A stretch of 64,000 nt of DNA, taken from the NCBI GenBank assembly GCA_902801845.1, contig CADCJW010000002.1, forward strand, positions 305,627-369,626, read 5' to 3'. The notes beneath the pieces were generated by a model that had not been told where the DNA came from, did no database searches, and saw only the letters and a program-made list of their open reading frames with translations. The position numbers were made by a program, and so were the translations under genes. The DNA comes from an uncultured Eubacteriales bacterium. GTDB taxonomy: Bacteria; Bacillota; Clostridia; Christensenellales; CAG-138. This document shows, piece after piece, positions 17,607 to 24,748 of the stretch (the first letter of the stretch is position 1; each line of letters begins with the position of its first letter).

Positions 17607-17652
17607 TGTGGATGGATTGGAAGCTTTCGCACTCTCCCCCATTTTACCCCTT

Positions 17653-17708
17653 ACGCTTCTCTTTTTTCGGTTCCTTTTTTCTCTTCACCGAAGAGAAAAA
17701 AGGAACAC
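17653..17708 (+). repeat. Intergenic hairpin repeat, copy 3 (forward), located in the trpB2 5' leader
   Basis: ACGCTTCTCTTTTTTCG flank, then GTTCCTTTTTTCTCTTC-acc-GAAGAGAAAAAAGGAAC (17-bp stem). Confidence 0.9.
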
Positions 17709-17729
17709 AAAACCCAGGAGGAAAAAAAC

Positions 17730-19091
17730 ATGGAAATCCCCTACAAGATCTACCTCAGCGAATCGGAGATGCCCCGGTACTGGTACAACGTCCGGGCCGA
17801 CATGAAGAAAAAGCCGGCGCCGCTCTTGAACCCGGGCACCCACAAGCCAATGACCGCCGCCGAGCTCTCCGGCGTGTTCTGCGACGAGCTGGTCAAGCAG
17901 GAGCTGGACAACACCACCCGGGAGTACCCCATCCCCGAGGAGATCTTGAGCTTCTACCGCATGTACCGGCCCTCGCCTCTGGTACGCGCCTACTGTCTGG
18001 AGGAGAAGCTGAAGACCCCGGCCAAGATCTATTATAAGTTCGAAGGCAACAACACCTCCGGCAGCCACAAGCTGAACTCCGCCGTGGCCCAGGCCTACTA
18101 CGCCAAGCAGCAGGGCCTCAAGGGCGTCACCACCGAGACCGGCGCCGGCCAGTGGGGCACGGCCCTGTCCATGGCCTGCAGCTACTTCGGCCTCGACTGC
18201 AAGGTGTACATGGTGAAGGTGAGCTACGAGCAGAAGCCCTTCCGCCGGGAGGTCATGAAGGTCTACGGCGCCTCCGTGACCCCCTCCCCCTCCGACACCA
18301 CCCAGGTGGGCCGGAAGATCCTTCAGGAGCACCCGGGCACCACGGGAAGCCTGGGCTGCGCCATCTCCGAGGCCGTGGAGACCGCCGTATCGAATCCCGG
18401 CTACCGGTACGTGCTAGGGAGCGTATTGAACCAGGTGCTCCTCCACCAGAGCGTCATCGGCGTGGAGACCAAGATCGCCATGGACAAGTACGGCATCCAT
18501 CCCGACGTCATCATCGGCTGCGCCGGCGGCGGCTCGAATCTGGGCGGCCTCATCGCCCCCTTCATGGGCGAAAAGCTCCGGGGCGAGCGGGACTGCCGGT
18601 TCATCGCCGTGGAGCCTGCCTCCTGCCCCAGCCTGACCCGGGGCGTCTACGCCTACGACTTCTGCGACACGGGCATGGTCTGCCCCCTGGCCAAGATGTA
18701 CACCCTGGGCAGCGACTTTATCCCCGCCCCCAACCATGCGGGCGGCCTCAGGTACCACGGCATGAGCCCCATCCTCTCCGAGCTCTACCACCAGGGCATG
18801 CTGGAGGCCGTCAGCGTCCCCCAGACCGCCGTCTTCGAGGCCGCCGAAGCCTTCGCCCGGGTGGAGGGCATCCTCCCCGCCCCCGAGAGCAGCCACGCCA
18901 TCAAGGCGGCCATGGACGAGGCCATCCGCTGCCGGGAGACGGGCGAGGAGAAGACCATCCTCTTCGGCCTCACGGGCACAGGCTACTTCGATCTGGTGGC
19001 CTACGAGAAGTTCCATAACGGCCAGATGGACGACTACGTGCCCACGGACGAGGAATTGACCGCCTACGCCGCAAAATTGCCCAAAATTTGA
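17730..19091 (+). CDS. trpB: TrpB2-type (long, stand-alone) tryptophan synthase beta-like PLP enzyme
   Basis: 453 aa. PLP-lysine context NNTSGSHKLN, a GAGQWG loop, and GCAGGGSN. This length is typical of the TrpB2 clade. No trpA is adjacent. Confidence 0.8.
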   Translation: MEIPYKIYLSESEMPRYWYNVRADMKKKPAPLLNPGTHKPMTAAELSGVFCDELVKQELDNTTREYPIPEEILSFYRMYRPSPLVRAYCLEEKLKTPAKIYYKFEGNNTSGSHKLNSAVAQAYYAKQQGLKGVTTETGAGQWGTALSMACSYFGLDCKVYMVKVSYEQKPFRREVMKVYGASVTPSPSDTTQVGRKILQEHPGTTGSLGCAISEAVETAVSNPGYRYVLGSVLNQVLLHQSVIGVETKIAMDKYGIHPDVIIGCAGGGSNLGGLIAPFMGEKLRGERDCRFIAVEPASCPSLTRGVYAYDFCDTGMVCPLAKMYTLGSDFIPAPNHAGGLRYHGMSPILSELYHQGMLEAVSVPQTAVFEAAEAFARVEGILPAPESSHAIKAAMDEAIRCRETGEEKTILFGLTGTGYFDLVAYEKFHNGQMDDYVPTDEELTAYAAKLPKI

Positions 19092-19119
19092 ACCACTTAC
19101 CCCTTGAAAAGGAGCCCCT

Positions 19120-20421
19120 ATGGAAAGATACTACCAACCCGAGATCGAATGCGCGTCCCGGGAGCAAATCGAACGATGGCAGAGCGAGCGCCTCATCGCC
19201 CAGGTCCGCCGGGTCTGGGAGAACGTGCCCTACTATCGGAAAAAGATGGAGGAGAAGGGCGTGACGCCGGAGGATATCCAGGGCGTCCGGGACCTTCCCA
19301 AGCTCCCCTTCCTCTCCAAGGCGGACCTTCGGGACGCCTACCCCTACGGCCTCATGGGCAAGCCCCTGAAGGACTGCGTCCGCATCCACTCCACCTCCGG
19401 CACCACCGGCAAGCGGGTGGTGGCCTTCTACACCCAGCACGATATCGACCTGTGGGAGGACTGCTGCGCCCGGGCGCTGACGGCCGCCGGCGCTACCGAC
19501 GAGGACGTGGTCCAGGTGTCCTACGGCTACGGGCTGTTCACCGGCGGAGCGGGTCTCGACGGGGGGAGCCACAAGGTGGGCTGCCTTACGGTGCCCATGT
19601 CCTCCGGCAACACGGACCGGCAGATCATGTTTATCCGGGATCTCGACGCCACGATCCTCTGCGCCACCCCCAGCTACGCCGCGTATCTGGGCGAGCGGAT
19701 GCAAGAACTGGGGCTGGGCCCCGAGGACATCCCCCTGAAGGCGGGCATCTTCGGCGCCGAGGCCTGGTCCGAGGAGATGCGCCGGGGCATAGAGAGGACC
19801 TTGGGCATCAAGGCCTACGACATCTACGGCTTGACCGAATTGTCCGGCCCCGGCGTCAGCTTCGAGTGCTCCTGTCAAAACGGCATGCACATCAACGAGG
19901 ACCACTTCATCCCCGAGATCATCGACCCGGACACCGGCGAGGTGCTCCCCGAGGGCGCTCAGGGCGAGCTGGTCATCACGGCGGTGGACAAGGAAGCCTT
20001 CCCCATGATCCGGTACCGCACCAAGGATATCTGCTCCCTGACCTACGAGAAATGCCCCTGCGGCCGGACCCACGTGCGCATGACCAAGCCCAAGGGCCGC
20101 AGCGACGACATGCTGATCATCCGGGGCGTCAACGTGTTCCCCAGCCAGATCGAGACGGTGCTTTTGAACCACGGCTACGCCGCCAACTACCAGATCCTGG
20201 TGGACCGGGTCAACAACACCGACACCTTCGAGATCTTGGTGGAGATGACGCCGGAGATGTTCACCGACTCCATCGGCGAGATACAGCAGCTGCAGAAGAC
20301 CCTGTCCTTGGGCCTCAACTCCATGCTGGGCATCCGGCCCAAGGTCACCCTGGTGGCCCCCAAGACCATCGCCCGCAGCGAAGGCAAGGCCGTCCGGGTC
20401 ATCGACAAGCGCAAGATCTGA
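19120..20421 (+). CDS. paaK: Phenylacetate-CoA ligase family (PaaK-like aryl-acetate--CoA ligase)
   Basis: 433 aa. The N-terminal ...RE.IE..Q...L...V......VP.YR pattern, STSGTTGK (AMP-binding P-loop), and a C-terminal ...GK..RV.D.R motif. Confidence 0.8.
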   Translation: MERYYQPEIECASREQIERWQSERLIAQVRRVWENVPYYRKKMEEKGVTPEDIQGVRDLPKLPFLSKADLRDAYPYGLMGKPLKDCVRIHSTSGTTGKRVVAFYTQHDIDLWEDCCARALTAAGATDEDVVQVSYGYGLFTGGAGLDGGSHKVGCLTVPMSSGNTDRQIMFIRDLDATILCATPSYAAYLGERMQELGLGPEDIPLKAGIFGAEAWSEEMRRGIERTLGIKAYDIYGLTELSGPGVSFECSCQNGMHINEDHFIPEIIDPDTGEVLPEGAQGELVITAVDKEAFPMIRYRTKDICSLTYEKCPCGRTHVRMTKPKGRSDDMLIIRGVNVFPSQIETVLLNHGYAANYQILVDRVNNTDTFEILVEMTPEMFTDSIGEIQQLQKTLSLGLNSMLGIRPKVTLVAPKTIARSEGKAVRVIDKRKI

Positions 20422-20433
20422 AAGGAGGACCCC

Positions 20434-20865
20434 ATGAGCATCCGACAACTATCCGTCTTTTTGGAGAACCGCCCCGGCAAGCTCTTTGAGCTCACCGCCC
20501 TTTTGGCCGAGCACGGCATCGACATGCGAGCCCTGTCCATCGCGGAGACCACGGACTTCGGCATCGCCCGGCTCATCGTGGACGACGCGGACAAGGCCGC
20601 TCAGGTTTTGAAGGAGGCCCGGTGCATCGCCCGGTTCTCCGACGTGCTGGCCTTCGCGGTGCCGGACGAGCCCGGCGGCCTCCACCGGCTCTTGTCTGAG
20701 TTCAACGCCGCCCAGGTGAACATCGAGTACATGTACGCCTTTCTGCAAGGCAAGGAGGGCCGGGCCTACATGATCTTTCGGGTCACGGACACGGTGGCCT
20801 CGGAAAAGGCCCTGCAATCCCGAGGCTTAATACCCCTGACCCTGAAGGAGATCAGTGCTGTTTGA
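20434..20865 (+). CDS. ACT-domain (amino-acid-binding) protein
   Basis: 143 aa. The tandem ACT-like pattern QLSVFLENRPG.L......L is commonly found next to PaaK-like ligases. Confidence 0.7.
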   Translation: MSIRQLSVFLENRPGKLFELTALLAEHGIDMRALSIAETTDFGIARLIVDDADKAAQVLKEARCIARFSDVLAFAVPDEPGGLHRLLSEFNAAQVNIEYMYAFLQGKEGRAYMIFRVTDTVASEKALQSRGLIPLTLKEISAV

Positions 20866-20906
20866 TTTTGCAGCTGTTTTGAAAACAGAGATGTGCTAAT
20901 GATTTA

Positions 20907-22001
20907 TTACAACAGTTGGTTTTCCGCCAACGCCGCGTTGCTGTAGGCGGCATCGTCGGTGACCTCGCGGATGACCTTCAGCGCCGGGGGCAGGGTCACG
21001 GGGGCGTGCTCGTGGGAGAGCTCGACCTCGCAGAGGGCCCGATCCGACCAGAAGGGGAACAGGTCGATCTCGAAGTACTGTCCCTCGTACATCAGCCGAT
21101 AGCGGGTCTTGCGGATGGTCCGCTTGGTGGGGTCCGCGTCCATGAGCCGCTTCAGATACTCCTTCTGGGTGAGATGGCGCTCCACCTCTATCTGTTTGAG
21201 CCCATCCATGGGCTTTTTTACCGTCTCATAATAGGAATAGTTGCCGTCGGACCCCTGCTGGCGGATGCGGATCTCCTCGCCAGGATCGGCGGTGAGGTAG
21301 GTCTGGCTGATCTCCACCCGACGGCTGCCGATCTGGCTCTCCAGCCACTTCATGTCCGGATACTCGATGAGGAACTTGCGTTCTGTCTCCAAGGGCACCG
21401 GTTCCCCCAGAAATACCAGGATCTCATGGAGCAGCTTCTCCAGCTTCTCCTCGAAGGCGGTGGAGTTGTCCACGATCCGCAGGTGGGGATGGCCCGTCCA
21501 AGCGGCGATGATCCGATCGTCCAAGGCGGCCGCCTGCTCCACCGTTTCGTACCGGGCGGCGTTGTTGGCGAAGGTATACGCCTCCACGGCGCCCTTGGCT
21601 GCCGTGACCAGGTGGAACACGGCGTCGTACCGGTCCCGAAGCTCCTCCTCGCTGGTGTCCAGCTCCTTGCAGAGCTGATTGAACTCGGAATCGGTCATGT
21701 ATGCCTTGTTGTCCATGGCCCCGCGATCGCAGACGATCAGGATCTTGTCCGCGTCCATGGTCCGAGCGCCCCGCTCGAAGAGGCGCTCCTTCTCCAGCTG
21801 CAGCTCCATCTGGCACCGCTGGTAATCGAGATTCGTGCCGCAGCCCCAGGGGGTGAGCCCGCCGCCGATAAGCTCCGTAGCGGTCTCCGGCACGAACAGC
21901 ACCCGGTAGCCCTTGTCGGGCAGGTTGTTGGCGATCCAGCTCAGGGCCGTGGTCTTGCCCGCGCAGGGGCCGCCGGTGATGACGATCTTTTGGATGGTCA
22001 T
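20907..22001 (-). CDS. Fusion of a NadR/AAA_28-like P-loop NTPase and a CYTH (triphosphate tunnel metalloenzyme) domain
   Basis: Start at ATG 22001 (RBS AAGGAG). Walker A GGPCAGKTT, VPETATE and CDRG motifs. The C-terminal half carries the CYTH EXEXK signature (ETERKFLI) and strand-like repeats. Confidence 0.7.
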   Translation of the reverse strand: MTIQKIVITGGPCAGKTTALSWIANNLPDKGYRVLFVPETATELIGGGLTPWGCGTNLDYQRCQMELQLEKERLFERGARTMDADKILIVCDRGAMDNKAYMTDSEFNQLCKELDTSEEELRDRYDAVFHLVTAAKGAVEAYTFANNAARYETVEQAAALDDRIIAAWTGHPHLRIVDNSTAFEEKLEKLLHEILVFLGEPVPLETERKFLIEYPDMKWLESQIGSRRVEISQTYLTADPGEEIRIRQQGSDGNYSYYETVKKPMDGLKQIEVERHLTQKEYLKRLMDADPTKRTIRKTRYRLMYEGQYFEIDLFPFWSDRALCEVELSHEHAPVTLPPALKVIREVTDDAAYSNAALAENQLL

Positions 22002-22095
22002 GGCATTCTCCTTTTTTCGTGTCCCGCTTGCACCCATAGTGTACTACACAGGGGCTCGCTTTTCAATTCGTCGGCCGGTGAATATCGGCAGAAAT

Positions 22096-22485
22096 TTATA
22101 GCCCTTTCTCCAAAATTCGCTCCAGGATGCACGCGTCGGCGGGGCAAAAGGCATAGAGAGGGATCTCCTCGGGAGCGATGAATCGGATGTCCGCATGCTC
22201 CAGCCGCTGAGGACGGCCGGCCACGATGGCCGCCCGAAAGAGAGTCAGATGGATGGTGATGTCTGGGTACACGTGGTCCACCTCCATGAAGACTTCGCCG
22301 GGCGACACGGTGACGCCCAGCTCCTCCCGACACTCCCGGATAAGGGCCTGTTCCTTCGTCTCCCCGGGCTCCACCTTCCCGCCTACGAACTCCCACAGGA
22401 GCCCGCGGGCCTTATGGGCCGGGCGCTGACAGATCATGAACCTGCCCTTCTCCACCACCAGGGCCGCCACCACGTCCACCGCCAT
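22096..22485 (-). CDS. NUDIX hydrolase (MutT-like)
   Basis: Nudix box GGKVEPGETKEQALIRECREELG. 129 aa. Confidence 0.85.
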   Translation of the reverse strand: MAVDVVAALVVEKGRFMICQRPAHKARGLLWEFVGGKVEPGETKEQALIRECREELGVTVSPGEVFMEVDHVYPDITIHLTLFRAAIVAGRPQRLEHADIRFIAPEEIPLYAFCPADACILERILEKGL

Positions 22486-22494
22486 GGCGCCGCC

Positions 22495-23328
22495 TCACAG
22501 GGTCGGGAGCACGTCCCGGATCAGGGCGGCCAGGGCGCTGTCGTTGTGGGAGGGCAGGACATGGGCGCAGAGGGCTTTCACCTCGTCGATGGCGTTCTCA
22601 GGGCAGCAGGGAACGTCCGCCGCCTGCAGCAGCTCCACGTCGTTCCAGTAATCGCCCACCGCGAAGAGGGTCCGCCCCCCGTAGACGGGCAGCTGCCGAA
22701 CGGCCGCCATGCCCGTGCCCTTGTTCACGTCCTTGGGCAGCAGCTCCTGATACTTGCCCACCTTTACCACGTCCGTGGTCCCCTCCACCAGAGCGAGCCG
22801 CTTGTCGTAGCCCTTCTCCTTCAGATACGCCCGCATGGGCGCCAGGGCGTCCACCTCCCGCTCCAGCAGGACGGTCTTGATCCAGACCTTGTCCAGGAGC
22901 CGATCCATGGGCTGATAGGTGGTGGGCTGATGGATGTGCAAAAAGCCCGGGTCCGCAATTTCCAGAGGCGAGGCGTAGTAGATGCCGTCGGTGGTGTACA
23001 CCTGCAGATCCAGGGGCCAGCCCTCGTTCTGGCAATGCTCCAACACGTCCTTAGCCGCCGCCTTGTCCATGGGGATGCTGCTCACGTACCGGCGATGGAC
23101 GAAATCGTAGATCGCCGCTCCGTTGAGGACGATGGAGGGCCCGTTCAAAGGCACGTCCGGCAGGTGCCGCCGGGCGTTGTGGGGCTCCCGCCCCGTGCCG
23201 ACGGCGAAAAGCCCGCCCCCGGCGATGAACGCCCGGATGGCGGATCGGTCCTCCTTGGACACCTCCCCTTTGCTGTTGAACAGCGTCCCGTCCAGATCGG
23301 TCAAAATAGCAGCCCGGTCGTAGCGCAT
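22495..23328 (-). CDS. HAD-IIB (Cof-type) phosphatase
   Basis: N-terminal DLDGTL, then GR motif II, and C-terminal GDYWND. 277 aa. Confidence 0.8.
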   Translation of the reverse strand: MRYDRAAILTDLDGTLFNSKGEVSKEDRSAIRAFIAGGGLFAVGTGREPHNARRHLPDVPLNGPSIVLNGAAIYDFVHRRYVSSIPMDKAAAKDVLEHCQNEGWPLDLQVYTTDGIYYASPLEIADPGFLHIHQPTTYQPMDRLLDKVWIKTVLLEREVDALAPMRAYLKEKGYDKRLALVEGTTDVVKVGKYQELLPKDVNKGTGMAAVRQLPVYGGRTLFAVGDYWNDVELLQAADVPCCPENAIDEVKALCAHVLPSHNDSALAALIRDVLPTL

Positions 23329-23524
23329 GGCCTATACCTCGTTTCCTTCAGTTTGCGTTTCAGTATACCATACCCGAAGCCGAATGTAAAACAAATGCTG
23401 CAGCATCCTGATTCAAAGCTCCGATCGAACAGGCTGGAGCCTCTTGCCTTTTGCATCATATCTGCTGTTGCAAAATGCATGACATTGAATTATACTCGTT
23501 TTATCAACCAATAGGGAGAACGTC

Positions 23525-24673
23525 ATGACACCATCCGAACAGGTCCTGCTTTCTCTGATACGACAGTCGCTGTTTGGCACCGAGGAAGCCTATCCCGCCG
23601 ACGTAAACTGGGATGCCGTGCTGCAGGAGGCCAAGCAGCAAACCGTTGTCGGCATCGCCGCTAAAGCCCTGCCTGAAAGCTGTGCGGGGGAAACCCGTGC
23701 AAAATGGACGGCAGCGGAGTATCAACTCGTGGCGAACCATGTCCGCTACTGGAAAGCCCAGGACGAATTGCATCAGCTTTTGACGGAGAACGGCATCCCC
23801 TATGTCATCCTCAAAGGTGCTGCCGCAGCCATGTATTATCCTGATCCCATGCGCCGCGCCATGGGGGACATTGACTTTTTGGTGCCGACGGACCGGTATG
23901 AAGAAGCCAAAGCGCTGCTGTTTGAAAACGGATACCAGCTGCATCACCAGGATAATGATCGACACATAGTGTTCAACAAAGGCCATGTGTTCTACGAACT
24001 CCATCACAGATTCAGTTATGAGGATCTGGATCTGGAGGAGCCCTTGCTCGCGGCCATGCCCCGTGCCATTGAGAAGGATTTGGAAGGGCACCGCTTTTTC
24101 ACGCTGCCCACCGCTGAAAATGGGCTTGTTCTCCTGGCACATTTATGGGAACATCTACATACCGGCGTTGGATTGCGCCAAGCCATCGACTGGATGCTGT
24201 TCGTCCACGCTGAACTTAGTGACGAAGCATGGGAAACCTCTTTTTCCCAGCTCAGTCAACAGTACGGCCTGCAAAGGCTGGCAAAGGTTGCTGCCCACAT
24301 GTGCCAGAAGTATTTAGGGCTGCCTGATCCCTGCACCTGGTGCGCAGATGCGGATGAAGCCCTGTGCGACGAGCTGTTCTCTCAGATCCAATGTTTCGGA
24401 AACTTCGGTCGAAAGGCTCGAAAGTTGAGTGCAACTGAATCAAAAGCACAGACCGCGCTCTCACAAATGCTTCGATATGGTTTCATTCGATACCTTCAGA
24501 AGGGGGGAGAGCTCCAGTGGAAGGCTTGCCATAAGCATCCCTGGTTAAAGCCTTTCGCTTGGGTATATCAGCTGTTTCGCTACCCTATTCTATGGCTCAC
24601 CTCACCACGGCAACATAGTATTTCTTCCATTATGAAAAAAGAGAAGAGATTAAATGATCTATTACGGGGTTAA
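23525..24673 (+). CDS. Uncharacterised nucleotidyltransferase family protein (NTP_transf_5-like)
   Basis: 382 aa. The KG.A....YP....R.MGDIDFLV pattern fits this family. The gene is visibly lower in GC than its neighbours. Its own promoter is TTGCAA, 17-nt spacer, TATACT. Confidence 0.55.
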   Translation: MTPSEQVLLSLIRQSLFGTEEAYPADVNWDAVLQEAKQQTVVGIAAKALPESCAGETRAKWTAAEYQLVANHVRYWKAQDELHQLLTENGIPYVILKGAAAAMYYPDPMRRAMGDIDFLVPTDRYEEAKALLFENGYQLHHQDNDRHIVFNKGHVFYELHHRFSYEDLDLEEPLLAAMPRAIEKDLEGHRFFTLPTAENGLVLLAHLWEHLHTGVGLRQAIDWMLFVHAELSDEAWETSFSQLSQQYGLQRLAKVAAHMCQKYLGLPDPCTWCADADEALCDELFSQIQCFGNFGRKARKLSATESKAQTALSQMLRYGFIRYLQKGGELQWKACHKHPWLKPFAWVYQLFRYPILWLTSPRQHSISSIMKKEKRLNDLLRG

Positions 24674-24691
24674 AGAAATTGACGATTGAAT

Positions 24692-24721
24692 AAAAAGCAC
24701 CGGCGGCGCCGGCGCTTTTTG
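24692..24721. terminator. Bidirectional terminator between convergent genes
   Basis: A GC-rich palindrome (CCGGCG-g-CGCCGG core) flanked by an A-run and a T-run. Confidence 0.6.
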
Positions 24722-24748
24722 ATATGCTTTACGCGTCGGCCACTATTC

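Noticed and set aside
17440-17610. A Trp T-box riboswitch upstream of trpB2
   Set aside because: There is no T-box sequence (..GGGTGGNACCGCG..), AGAGA box or Stem-I architecture, and the leader is only about 130 nt before the terminator. By contrast, the thrS leader at 34060-34281 shows all of these. The RBS-preceded UGG-rich ORF fits a leader peptide better.
17605-17625. A second Trp-containing mini-ORF (ATG TGG ATG GAT TGG ...) starting in the terminator U-tract
   Set aside because: It has no RBS. It is part of a long spurious frame (17552..18037) that runs through the repeat element and into trpB2. It is probably coincidental.
16895-17632. N-terminal extensions of track ORFs. Examples: 16529..17632, 38475..39785, 61231..62394, 27452..28570, 45593..48199, 11135..12994, 13113..14441, 34205..36214.
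   Set aside because: In each case an internal ATG preceded by an AGGAGG-like RBS begins the recognisable protein. The upstream part overlaps another gene, a promoter or a T-box, and translates to low-complexity sequence.
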